Source of the DNA: an uncultured Bacteroidales bacterium
GTDB taxonomy: Bacteria; Bacteroidota; Bacteroidia; Bacteroidales; JAIOZK01
Reading direction: 5' to 3'
Assembly (NCBI GenBank): GCA_964550205.1
Contig: CAZJYD010000009.1
Coordinates: forward strand, 1-63,143
DNA: 63,143 nt
Positions within the stretch are counted from its first letter, which is position 1. Each line of letters begins with the position of its first letter. Under the pieces are notes generated by a model. That model ran no database searches. It had not been told where the DNA came from and was given only the letters and a program-made list of their open reading frames with translations. This document shows, piece by piece, positions 20,612-30,480 of this stretch. A program made the translations under genes and the position numbers.

Positions 20612-21190
20612 ATGTTCAACTTAATTATTTTTGGTCCTCCCGGATCCGGTAAGGGGACACAATCTGTTAAAATTTCTGAGAAGTATAATTTCAAGCATGT
20701 TTCAACCGGGGATATCCTGCGTAATGAAGTAAAGAATCAAACAACACTTGGAAACACAGCACAAAGTATCATGGAGAAGGGAGAACTTGTTCCTGATGAT
20801 CTTTTAATACGTATTCTCAATTCCGTTATTGAAAAGAATAGTGATGTCGGTGGTTTTATCTTTGATGGGTTTCCAAGAACCAGTGTTCAGGCAGAAGAGC
20901 TTGATAAGTTAATGGATAAGAATAATGATAATATTAATTTGGTGATATCACTTGAAGTTCCTGATAATGAGGTTATCGATCGCCTATTGAAAAGAGCTAA
21001 AATTGAAGGCAGAAAAGATGACAATGAAGAGACGATATCAAACCGATTAAATGTTTATAAAAATCAAACTGCTGCTTTGCTGGAATACTATGATAAGCAG
21101 AAGAAATTAGAAAAGGTTAATGGTATTGGCACTATTGATGAGATCTTTGAAAATATATGCAAGGTTATTAATAAATATTTAATGTTTTAG
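20612..21190 (+). CDS. adk: Adenylate kinase (short LID type)
   Basis: GPPGSGKGTQ, STGDILR, FDGFPR, GRKDD; TATATTTG element at 20567-20574. Confidence 0.97.
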   Translation: MFNLIIFGPPGSGKGTQSVKISEKYNFKHVSTGDILRNEVKNQTTLGNTAQSIMEKGELVPDDLLIRILNSVIEKNSDVGGFIFDGFPRTSVQAEELDKLMDKNNDNINLVISLEVPDNEVIDRLLKRAKIEGRKDDNEETISNRLNVYKNQTAALLEYYDKQKKLEKVNGIGTIDEIFENICKVINKYLMF

Positions 21191-21225
21191 TAAGATTTAT
21201 ATAATTGATTTAGTATTTTCTTCCC

Positions 21226-21447
21226 TCATGATTTAAGTCCGTTTGATGCACTTGGTAATTGGTTTTCAATGCATATACCAATAAAACTTGATGTTCTCAT
21301 AGATAGTTTTCCCTTATCTTGAAATAAAAGCTCAAGTGTCTTTTCAATGTGGCTTTGTTTCAACAAAATTATTTGTGCAGCTATATCAGCAGTTTTGCGT
21401 GAACTGTCCGGTAAAAGCTTTTCCAGGTTGCTGGTAAATTTATCCAT
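21226..21447 (-). pseudogene. Probable truncated N-terminal remnant of a Bacteroidota hypothetical helical protein
   Basis: 73-aa ORF with protein-like N-terminus (DSSRKTADIAA...LSMRTS) that ends abruptly. Confidence 0.35.
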
Positions 21448-21497
21448 TTGAAGTAGGCAAAATCTAAAAATACATTTGAATTAAAAGAATAACATCG

Positions 21498-24209
21498 CTA
21501 ATCTGAGTTCTTTTCTTTATCAGTTTCTTCTAAATTTTTCCAGATATCAACGATTCCATCAGGATTAAAACGAACTTTAAATCCTAGCTTCTTGAAAATA
21601 TTAATCATTGGTTTGTTGTCATTTGTTGTTTGGGCTACAATTTGTTTCAGATTCCAGTTATGTGCAATTTTTATACAATATTCTGTAAGCAGTGTTCCCA
21701 ATTCTTTTTTCTGCCACTCATCGGTGATAAGAATGGCATATTCTACTGTTTCATGGTCGGGATCTGCGATTAGCCGCCCCACGCCAATTAGCTTCTTTTT
21801 GCCATTTTTATTGATTTCTGCCACAATTGCTATTTCTCTTGCATAATCAATAAAACAGAATTGAGTGGCTACTTCATGAGAATCATAATGAAAATTATAA
21901 CGGAAACGACTGTATATGGATTCTTTTGAACAACTGCCTAGTAGTTCGAGCCACATCGGTTCATCTTCAGGCTTTATCGGACGAAGGGTAACGTCTGTAC
22001 CATCTCCCAGCTTTGTTTTCTTAACATATTTTTCAGGGTAGGGATGAAGTAGAAGATGTGAAAACTCAGGTAAATCCTGCTCTAGAAGTTCCTGGTCTAT
22101 TACAATCCTGGCATCCAATGCTATAGCATCTTTTGGGGTTACAATTATTGGATTAATATCCAATTCTTCAATTTCAGGATAGTCGGCAGCCAGGTATGAC
22201 ATTCTTATCATTATTTCAACAATTTTATCAATGTTTTTCGGGGAACTCCCGCGATATCCTTTTAAAAGTGGATAGATTGTAAGCGACTCAAGCATTCGTC
22301 TTGCCAGTCTTTCATTAAGGGGAGGAAATCCCAGTGTTGTGTCTTTAAAGAGTTCTGCTTCGGTGCCTCCCATACCAACCAACAGTGTTGTACCGAAAAC
22401 AGGATCTTTCTTAATACCAAATATTAGTTCTACAGAATCCTTGCTTTCTATCATGGTTTGTATTGTTACTCCTTCAAGCTTGGCATCAGGGACCTTTTTA
22501 GATATGGATGAAAGCATAGTACGGTAAGTAGCTCTCACCATGTCTTCGGTTCCAAGGTTAAGTGCAACACCTCCAACATCAGATTTATGACTAATATTTG
22601 GAGATTGGATTTTCATAACAACCGGGTAACCTATTTTTTTTGCCGCTTTGGATGCATCGTCTTCAGATTTGGCAAATACGGGTTGTGTTGTCTCAATACC
22701 ATAGCCGTTTAGAAGGGCCTTGGAATTATCTTCGGATAATGTTTCTTCTTTTGTGAAAATATCATTAACGAATTTTTCCCTGAGTTTTTTTCTGTCATAT
22801 GAAAATGATAAGGGAATATCTTCAGGGGTTTCGAACAATGCTTCAAGATTTCTTGAATATCTTACCAATGTCATAAAAGCTCTTATAGCCTGTTCGGGTG
22901 TTTCATAAACAGCAATGCCTGAATTATTAAAAACATTAATTCCATCACGCATACTTTTACCTCCAAGCCAAGCTGCCATAATCGGTTTAGTAGTATGTTC
23001 CGAAATTTTTGCTACCTCCGTGGCTGTCTTGGTAGGATCAGTCATTGCCTGGGGAGTTAGAATTACCAAAACAGCATCCACACCTTTATCTTCTAATACA
23101 ATTTCGGTTGTTTTGGAAAACCTTTCAGGTGTTGCATCTCCTAATACGTCAATAGGGTTGCCATGTGACCAGAAAGGAGGGAGAAAATCATTAAGTCTCT
23201 TAATTGTATCGTCTGATAATTTACAAAGTTTTCCGTTATTACCAATCAAGGTATCTGTCGCCATTACACCTGGTCCTCCGGCGTTAGTGACGATTGCCAG
23301 ATTAGGACCTTTTGGTATTCGTTTCCTGCTGATAAGGTCGGTAAAATCGAAAATATCTCCAATATCGTAAACCCTTGCAATACCGGCTCTTCTGAATACC
23401 GCATCATAGATAGTATCCTCAGATGCCATTGCACCTGTATGTGAAGCCGCAGCCTTTGCTGATTCGGGAAATCGTCCTGCTTTATAAACTATTATAGGTT
23501 TTTTGCGGGCAAAGGCACGGGCCGCTGTCATGAATGATCTGGCCTGAGTGATAGATTCAACATATAAGATGATGGATTTTGTATTTGGATCCTGACCGAA
23601 ATAATCCATAAGATCACCAAAATTCACGTCCATACTATTACCGATGGAAACGAAATAGCTGAATCCAATGTTTTCTTCCAAAGCCCAATCAAGTACGGAA
23701 GTACAAAGAGCTCCTGATTGTGAAATAAAAGCAACATGACCGGCCTTGGGCATGTTTGCTGCAAAGCTCACATTCATATGAATCCCCGGTACAATTACTC
23801 CTAAACAATTGGGTCCTATAATCCTCATGTCAGGATATTTTGATTTTTCTTCCTTTACCTGTTCTTCGAGATTTTTACCTTCAGGACCTGCTTCTTTAAA
23901 ACCTGCAGACATGATTATTACTCCGTTTATGCCTGCTTCACCACATTCTCTTATTAGTTGAGGGACAATATTAGCGCTAGTGGTAATTACTGCAAGATCG
24001 GGGGTTTTTGGAAGACTGCCTACATCGGGATAGCAGGGTATGCCCAAAACAGCTTCGCGCTTTGGATTGACTGGATAAACTACTCCTTTAAATCCACCAC
24101 CTACTAAATTACTTAGTGTTATTCCTCCTACGCTCTTTGGATCGTTTTTCACTCCTATCAATGCAATTCGTTGGGGCCTGAATATGCTGCCTAATTTACG
24201 TATGCCCAT
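21498..24209 (-). CDS. Bifunctional NDP-forming acyl-CoA ligase-like / C-terminal GNAT protein (Pat/PatZ-type lysine acetyltransferase)
   Basis: IIGPNCLG, SQSGAL, ASHTGA, TNAGGPG, HKSDVGGV, ELDINP; C-terminal LRPIKPEDE GNAT; TAACTTTG element at 24253-24260. Confidence 0.9.
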   Translation of the reverse strand: MGIRKLGSIFRPQRIALIGVKNDPKSVGGITLSNLVGGGFKGVVYPVNPKREAVLGIPCYPDVGSLPKTPDLAVITTSANIVPQLIRECGEAGINGVIIMSAGFKEAGPEGKNLEEQVKEEKSKYPDMRIIGPNCLGVIVPGIHMNVSFAANMPKAGHVAFISQSGALCTSVLDWALEENIGFSYFVSIGNSMDVNFGDLMDYFGQDPNTKSIILYVESITQARSFMTAARAFARKKPIIVYKAGRFPESAKAAASHTGAMASEDTIYDAVFRRAGIARVYDIGDIFDFTDLISRKRIPKGPNLAIVTNAGGPGVMATDTLIGNNGKLCKLSDDTIKRLNDFLPPFWSHGNPIDVLGDATPERFSKTTEIVLEDKGVDAVLVILTPQAMTDPTKTATEVAKISEHTTKPIMAAWLGGKSMRDGINVFNNSGIAVYETPEQAIRAFMTLVRYSRNLEALFETPEDIPLSFSYDRKKLREKFVNDIFTKEETLSEDNSKALLNGYGIETTQPVFAKSEDDASKAAKKIGYPVVMKIQSPNISHKSDVGGVALNLGTEDMVRATYRTMLSSISKKVPDAKLEGVTIQTMIESKDSVELIFGIKKDPVFGTTLLVGMGGTEAELFKDTTLGFPPLNERLARRMLESLTIYPLLKGYRGSSPKNIDKIVEIMIRMSYLAADYPEIEELDINPIIVTPKDAIALDARIVIDQELLEQDLPEFSHLLLHPYPEKYVKKTKLGDGTDVTLRPIKPEDEPMWLELLGSCSKESIYSRFRYNFHYDSHEVATQFCFIDYAREIAIVAEINKNGKKKLIGVGRLIADPDHETVEYAILITDEWQKKELGTLLTEYCIKIAHNWNLKQIVAQTTNDNKPMINIFKKLGFKVRFNPDGIVDIWKNLEETDKEKNSD

Positions 24210-24371
24210 GTTTTATTTATTTAACAATATAAACAATTTGTGAATTATTTAACAAAGTTACAAATCAATTCAATATAATCTATTTCTTCAAAGTAAAATT
24301 CATACAGTTAAAAATTTTGTATGTTTACAATTTTAACGGAATAATATTAATTATTAAGTAAATAAACTGAT

Positions 24372-26087
24372 ATGAATAAAAGACCTTCCGATTTATTATA
24401 TTGGGTAGAAGATAAACCACCTTTTCTGATCAACATTTTTATGGGATTACAGCATTTCATGATTTTTACTATATCGCTGGTTATACCGGTTGTTCTTGTA
24501 CGGGAGGTAGGAGGTGCTCTTGATCAAATTATTGCTGTAGTTTGTATGTCAATGTTTGCAGGAGGAATAGGATCTATTTTACAAAGCATGAAAGGAAAAT
24601 ATTTTGGCTCGGGCTACTTATGTCCCTCAGTATGTGGACCTTCTTATCTGTCGGCATCTATGCTTGCATTGAAAACAGGAGGCTTGTCGCTTTTATTTGG
24701 CATGCTGATGGTAGCTGGTTTTGTTGAATTTATCTTTTCAAGGATAGTACATAAATTGAGGGTTTTATTTCCACCGGAGGTGACAGGATTAATTGTTGCA
24801 ATGGTAGGGCTTACTTTGGTGAAAATGGCCGTAAGGAATCTTATGGGTATCGGTGGAGATGATAATGTTACTGAGAACAAAGAAATAATAACAGGCGTTA
24901 TAACATTGGCTTTAATAATCGGATTAAATATATGGAGTAAGGGTAAGATAAAATTGTTTTGTGTTATTATAGGCATGGTATTCGGATATGTTCTTGCATA
25001 TTCACTTGGAATTATGAAGCATATTGATCATTCGCATTTATCTGAAACACACATTATAGGATTTGAAATTCTAAATCATCCGGGGTGGTCATTTAGCTGG
25101 TATTTAGTAATACCATTTATTGTTGCTATGCTATCATCTTCCTTAAAAAGTATTGGTGATCTGACAACCTGCCAGAAGATCAATGATAAAAACTGGAAAC
25201 GGACAGATATGAAGAATGTAAAAAAAGGCATTCTTGCTGATGCATTGAGTTGTGTTACTTCAGGATTGGTTGGTGGTATGGGCCAATCAACCTCATCAAC
25301 AAATATTGGACTTTCAATTGCTACATCCACAACCAGCAGGTGGGTTGGATATTCACTGGGTGCAATACTTATTATACTTTCGTTTTTTCCACCCATAGGT
25401 TTATTTTTTGCAATTATGCCTAAACCAGTGCTGGGAGCCACATTAATATTTGCTGTTAGTTTTATGGTAGTTGCCGGTATTCAGATAATAACTTCAAGGA
25501 TGTTAGATGCAAGAAAAACTTTTGTTATTGGAATAGCTCTGTCATTAGGTTTAGCAGTTGATATGTTGCCTCACATATTTCAGGATGTGCCTCCTTTAAT
25601 TCAACCGGTTTTTGCATCATCCCTTGCAACTACAACAGTCGCTGCAATTGTACTTAACCTCATATTCAGAATTGGTATAGCCAAAAAGGAGATAATCCAT
25701 TTTGCATTAGACAATAGTACAAATGATAAAATTGATAAGTTTCTGGATAAAAAAGGTGCCGCGTGGGGAGCCAGGAAAGAAATAATTAATAAAGTCAAAC
25801 AAACGTTGTTTGAGCTCATGGAATTATTGGATACACATAATTATGCTGACAAGAAAAACGAGGTTGCAATTCAGGCTGTCTTCAATGAATTAAATATTAA
25901 TGTTATAGTTTCATATACTGGCAGGAAAATTAAAATAGGAAAGGAACTTCCTGAAGCAGAAGAAATTCTTGAAGACCAGGAAGGCATTAAAAAGATGTCA
26001 TCTTACTTGATTAGTCAATATCCTGACAGGATAAAAACAACAGAATCAAATGGAATGCAACGCATTTTTATGAATTTCAAACATTAA
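24372..26087 (+). CDS. NCS2/NAT (UraA/XanQ-like) permease with non-canonical binding residues and a ~135-aa C-terminal soluble extension
   Basis: GLQH, FPPEVTG, GILADA, NIG, MPKPVLGA motifs. Confidence 0.85.
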   Translation: MNKRPSDLLYWVEDKPPFLINIFMGLQHFMIFTISLVIPVVLVREVGGALDQIIAVVCMSMFAGGIGSILQSMKGKYFGSGYLCPSVCGPSYLSASMLALKTGGLSLLFGMLMVAGFVEFIFSRIVHKLRVLFPPEVTGLIVAMVGLTLVKMAVRNLMGIGGDDNVTENKEIITGVITLALIIGLNIWSKGKIKLFCVIIGMVFGYVLAYSLGIMKHIDHSHLSETHIIGFEILNHPGWSFSWYLVIPFIVAMLSSSLKSIGDLTTCQKINDKNWKRTDMKNVKKGILADALSCVTSGLVGGMGQSTSSTNIGLSIATSTTSRWVGYSLGAILIILSFFPPIGLFFAIMPKPVLGATLIFAVSFMVVAGIQIITSRMLDARKTFVIGIALSLGLAVDMLPHIFQDVPPLIQPVFASSLATTTVAAIVLNLIFRIGIAKKEIIHFALDNSTNDKIDKFLDKKGAAWGARKEIINKVKQTLFELMELLDTHNYADKKNEVAIQAVFNELNINVIVSYTGRKIKIGKELPEAEEILEDQEGIKKMSSYLISQYPDRIKTTESNGMQRIFMNFKH

Positions 26088-26217
26088 TTCAGTATAATGC
26101 TTAATAGTAAGTTCAGTATTTATTACAGAGGAATACTGAATAAAAAAAAGTACTTTTCTGAGATGATTTTACCGGAAGCTCAAAAATCTACCGATAACAA
26201 TTAGCACTAAAGAATTA

Positions 26218-27747
26218 TTATTTTGTCGCTGGTTTGACCACGGCTGTTAGCAAGGTACCAACCAATACAGCAATACCTGTAATTGTAAATGCAAGGGCAA
26301 AATTACCGAGATCACCCAGGAATCCACCCAGAATTGGTCCAACTATTCCACCAACTCCATAGGCAAGGAATACGAAAGGATAATTTTGTCCGACATTTTT
26401 AGCTCCAAAGGTATCTGCTGTTATAGTTGGGAAGAGTGCAAAGTTACCTCCGAAATTAAAACCAATTAATGTAGCTCCAATGTACAACCATATTGGATTA
26501 CCGGCCATAAATGTAAAAAGAATTACAAGAATTCCCTGTGTAGCGGTCATTAATAGTATTGATGCCTTTCTTCCTAATTTATCGCTTATTAATCCCCATA
26601 ATATACGGCCTAATCCATTAGCCAGGCTGAAGAATACAGCCATTGCCGTACCTGCTATTGCACTTGCTTGTATGGCTGTAAAGCCTTTATCCTGAAGGGC
26701 TTCTATTGGATAGAGTTTCATAAGACCGATTGACATTAATCCGGCGCCTGCACTGAAAACGAATGTTAAGAAAATCAAATAAAACTGTACTTTACTTAAC
26801 ATTTCATTTGGTGTAAAATCTATTATGCCTTTAACGGCAGAGGATTTCTCCTGATTATTTTTAACCTCTGGTTGAACATATCCTTTGGGTTTCCAGCCTT
26901 CGGGGGGGAATATCATCCAAAAGCCTCCAATTATAACCATTATTGCAAAGGCAATACCATAAATCATAAAGGTTGTTGAAAGTCCAAGATTAGCAATCAG
27001 GTGACCCCATGATCCGGCAATTTTTATCCAGGCTAAAGCACCAAAACCAAATCCTGCAACAGCCAGTCCTGTTATCATACCTTTTTTGTCAGGAAACCAG
27101 CGCATCCCAACTGCTATTGGTACAACATATGCAAAACCAATACCTGCGCCTCCTATAATTCCTATAAAGACAGCATAAACCCAAAAATTAGTTCCTCCGA
27201 TTATTCCGGCTAAAAAGTATCCCAATCCCAGAACTATTCCGCCAATCATTGCAAGTTTTTTAGGTCCCCAGCTTTTAAGCTTCTTGCCGGCAAATACCAT
27301 TACAATAGCAAAAAATGCAAGCCCGAGGGCAAAAATTATCTGGGATTGTGTTTTGCTAAATCCAAAGCTTAGCTTGTTAATGGTATCTTCAGGAACGTAG
27401 TTTTTAATAATTGTATTTATTTTAGCTAAAATATTTTCTTTGTCAGTTGTCAACTGGTCTATTTCAACCTGTTTTTCAGTTGCCTTGATTTTTGCTTCAA
27501 CTTTTGTAAGATCACTTCTCAGGTCTTTTAACTCATAATTCATTTTTTGAAATTCAGCCTCATCAAGTTTTAATTCAGGTGCTGATTTCATCGTGGTAGC
27601 TCCATACACATCTACAACCTGTTTTGGTGATTTTGCAGTAAGACCAGGTGTAAACACCGACCATGCATAAATAGCTCCTAATGCTAATTGAATCAGGATA
27701 GCTCCCAAAACTACGAAGCCTCTTTTCATAACTTTTTGATTTTCCAT
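26218..27747 (-). CDS. OFA (oxalate/formate antiporter-like) MFS transporter with large loop insertion
   Basis: LGAIYAWSVF, RWFPDKKGMITGLAVAGFGFG, NGLGRILWGLISDKLGRK, FGAKNVGQNY. Confidence 0.9.
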   Translation of the reverse strand: MENQKVMKRGFVVLGAILIQLALGAIYAWSVFTPGLTAKSPKQVVDVYGATTMKSAPELKLDEAEFQKMNYELKDLRSDLTKVEAKIKATEKQVEIDQLTTDKENILAKINTIIKNYVPEDTINKLSFGFSKTQSQIIFALGLAFFAIVMVFAGKKLKSWGPKKLAMIGGIVLGLGYFLAGIIGGTNFWVYAVFIGIIGGAGIGFAYVVPIAVGMRWFPDKKGMITGLAVAGFGFGALAWIKIAGSWGHLIANLGLSTTFMIYGIAFAIMVIIGGFWMIFPPEGWKPKGYVQPEVKNNQEKSSAVKGIIDFTPNEMLSKVQFYLIFLTFVFSAGAGLMSIGLMKLYPIEALQDKGFTAIQASAIAGTAMAVFFSLANGLGRILWGLISDKLGRKASILLMTATQGILVILFTFMAGNPIWLYIGATLIGFNFGGNFALFPTITADTFGAKNVGQNYPFVFLAYGVGGIVGPILGGFLGDLGNFALAFTITGIAVLVGTLLTAVVKPATK

Positions 27748-27797
27748 TATAATTTGGTTTTGATTAATGATACAATTAAAATTTGGTACTCTTATTT

Positions 27798-27840
27798 AAA
27801 AAACCAAGGCACCCCAGACACATTGGTCTGAAATGCCTTG
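27798..27840 (-). terminator. Intrinsic terminator/attenuator between acs and the MFS gene
   Basis: Minus strand CAAGGCAUUUCAGAC / GUCUGGGGUGCCUUG stem (G-U pairs only on this strand) followed by GUUUUUU. Confidence 0.75.
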
Positions 27841-27860
27841 TTCAAATTTAAGCAATTTGT

Positions 27861-29774
27861 TTATCTTTTAACTTCAACCTTGGCTCCACTGATGATCTCG
27901 TCAACAACACCCGGATCAAGGAGTGTTGATGTATCACCTAGGGTTGTTGCATCACCTTCACCAATTTTACGAAGTATTCTTCTCATGATCTTACCTGATC
28001 TGGTTTTTGGAAGACCGCTCACTATCTGGATCAGGTCAGGTTTGGCAATTGGGCCAATCACCTTTGTAACAGTATCCCGTATATCTTTTTCAATATTATT
28101 TAGTTCATTATCTGAGAGTTCTTCACAGGTTATGTATGCATAAATTCCCTGACCTTTAATATCGTGAGGATATCCTACTACTGCACTTTCATTCACTTTA
28201 GGATGTTGGTTAATTGCGTCCTCAACTTCCGCTGTTCCAATACGGTGACCTGAAACATTGATAACATCGTCAACACGACCCATAATTCTGTAATATCCTT
28301 CTTCATCCCTTTTGGCTCCATCACCTGTAAAGTACATGTCTTTATATGTCGCGAAATAGGTTTGACGACATCTTTTATGGTCTCCATAAGTTGTCCTTAT
28401 CATACCTGGCCATGGAAATTTAATGCAAAGATTACCCTGTACATTTTTACTTTCAAGAATATTACCTTCATTATCAACTATTACAGGTTGTACTCCGGGT
28501 AATGGTAGAGTTGCAAAGGAAGGTTTTGTAGGTGTTATGCCAGCCAGTGGTGTAATGAGTATACCACCGGTTTCTGTCTGCCACCATGTATCAACTATAG
28601 GACATTTACCTTTTCCAACTATATCATGATACCATCTCCAGGCTTCTTCGTTGATAGGTTCACCAACAGTACCAAGCACTGTGAGAGAGCTGAGATCACG
28701 ACTGGTTACAAATTCATTGCCCTGTGCAATTAATGCACGAATTGCTGTAGGAGCTGTGTAAAACTGGTTGACTTTGTACTTGTCAACAACATCCCAGAAT
28801 CTTCCGGCATCAGGCCATGTAGGAACACCTTCAAACATTACTGAAGTTGCACCTGCCAATAATGGTCCATAAACAATATATGTATGACCGGTTACCCAGC
28901 CAATGTCAGCAGTACACCAGAAAATATCCTCTTCATTATATTGAAATACATTCTTAAATGTGTATTCGGCAAATACCATATATCCTGCAATTGTGTGCAG
29001 CACACCTTTTGGTTTTCCGGTAGATCCTGAAGTATATAAAATAAATAAGGTGTCTTCCGAGTCCATTACCTCTGCTTCATTTTTTGTGTCAGCATCTTTT
29101 ATAACATCCTCCCACCAAATATCTCTTCCTTCTTCAAAATTGATGTTTTCACCAGTTCTTTTATATACAATAACATTTTTTACTGATGTACAGCTTTCCA
29201 ATGCTTCGTCAACTATTGATTTTAATGATATGCTTTTAGTGCCTCGGTAAGCACCATCAGATGTAATAACAAGATTGGCCTGTGCGTCATTGATTCTGTC
29301 TGAAAGTGAATTAGCTGAAAAACCTGCAAAGACAATTGAATGGATTGCACCTATTCGTGCACATGCAAGCATGGCAATTGTTAATTCAGGAATCATGGGG
29401 AGATATATTGCAACCCTGTCACCTTTTTTAATACCCAGCTTCTTTAGTCCATTAGAATATTTTTTAACTTCTTCAAAAAGTTCCCCATAAGTATATTCTC
29501 GATTATCTTCTTTTGGATCATTGGGTTCCCAGATTAGTGCTGTTTTGTCTTTTCTGGTTTCAAGGTTTCTTTCGAATATGTTTTCTGTGATGTTTAGTTT
29601 TCCGTTAACAAACCAATTTATATCCGGTTCCTTGAAATTCCAGTCAAGGACTTTATCCCATTTTTTATGCCAGTGAAAATCATTGGCTATATTGCCCCAA
29701 AATCCTTCAGGATTTTCAATACTTTCTTGATAGTCTTTGAAATATTCGACCAAACTCGAAATTTTTTTTGTCAT
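27861..29774 (-). CDS. acs: Acetyl-CoA synthetase (AMP-forming)
   Basis: YTSGSTGKPKG, WCTADIGWVTGH, DTWWQTETGG, PKTRSGKIMRR; TATCTTTG element at 29821-29828. Confidence 0.97.
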   Translation of the reverse strand: MTKKISSLVEYFKDYQESIENPEGFWGNIANDFHWHKKWDKVLDWNFKEPDINWFVNGKLNITENIFERNLETRKDKTALIWEPNDPKEDNREYTYGELFEEVKKYSNGLKKLGIKKGDRVAIYLPMIPELTIAMLACARIGAIHSIVFAGFSANSLSDRINDAQANLVITSDGAYRGTKSISLKSIVDEALESCTSVKNVIVYKRTGENINFEEGRDIWWEDVIKDADTKNEAEVMDSEDTLFILYTSGSTGKPKGVLHTIAGYMVFAEYTFKNVFQYNEEDIFWCTADIGWVTGHTYIVYGPLLAGATSVMFEGVPTWPDAGRFWDVVDKYKVNQFYTAPTAIRALIAQGNEFVTSRDLSSLTVLGTVGEPINEEAWRWYHDIVGKGKCPIVDTWWQTETGGILITPLAGITPTKPSFATLPLPGVQPVIVDNEGNILESKNVQGNLCIKFPWPGMIRTTYGDHKRCRQTYFATYKDMYFTGDGAKRDEEGYYRIMGRVDDVINVSGHRIGTAEVEDAINQHPKVNESAVVGYPHDIKGQGIYAYITCEELSDNELNNIEKDIRDTVTKVIGPIAKPDLIQIVSGLPKTRSGKIMRRILRKIGEGDATTLGDTSTLLDPGVVDEIISGAKVEVKR

Positions 29775-29998
29775 AATTATTTGATTTTATTTATTTTGAT
29801 TAGTAAATTTTTAGAAGTCACAAAGATAAAAATTTTTTTTAATTGGGTATTTCAGGTACAGAATTTAGAACAATTACAAATATCCTAAAAGAAACATATA
29901 CAGATGTTAAAAAGCATTTAACTGGTAAGTTCATTTTACTTTTTATTAAGTGAATGAAGGTTTTGGAAGAAATAGTAAAAGTCGTGATTTTGATCCTG

Positions 29999-30451
29999 TT
30001 AACTCAATAAATTTTTTACAATATCTGCTATTAATTTATTATCTGCTTTACCGGCAAGTTGTTTTGAAGCTATTCCCATTACTTTGCCCATATCTTTCAT
30101 GCTTTCGGCACCGGTATCGGAAATGATTTTTTTAACTTCAGTTTTTATTTCATCTTCCGACATTTGCTCGGGAAGGTATTTTTCTATAACAGATGCCTGA
30201 AAGAGCTCTTCTTCGGCAAGATCGTTTCTGTTTTTTTCTTTATAGATAGCGGCTGATTCTTTTCTCTGTTTTATAAGTTTTTTCAGAATATTCATTTCAA
30301 CTGACTCGGGAATTTCTCCACCTGCTGTTTTCTTTTCCGTTTTAGCTATTAATAATTCAGATTTAATTGCCCTTAAGGCATTGAGCTTTTTTGCTTCTTT
30401 AGCCAGCATTGCCTTTTTCAGATCGCCGTTAATTTTTTCCATTAATGCCAT
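29999..30451 (-). CDS. GatB/YqeY domain protein
   Basis: LRAIKS, KQRKESA, YLPEQMSE, DMGKVMG; follows ftsZ. Confidence 0.92.
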   Translation of the reverse strand: MALMEKINGDLKKAMLAKEAKKLNALRAIKSELLIAKTEKKTAGGEIPESVEMNILKKLIKQRKESAAIYKEKNRNDLAEEELFQASVIEKYLPEQMSEDEIKTEVKKIISDTGAESMKDMGKVMGIASKQLAGKADNKLIADIVKNLLS

Positions 30452-30480
30452 AACAGACTAAATTTAATTTTTAATAGTAA

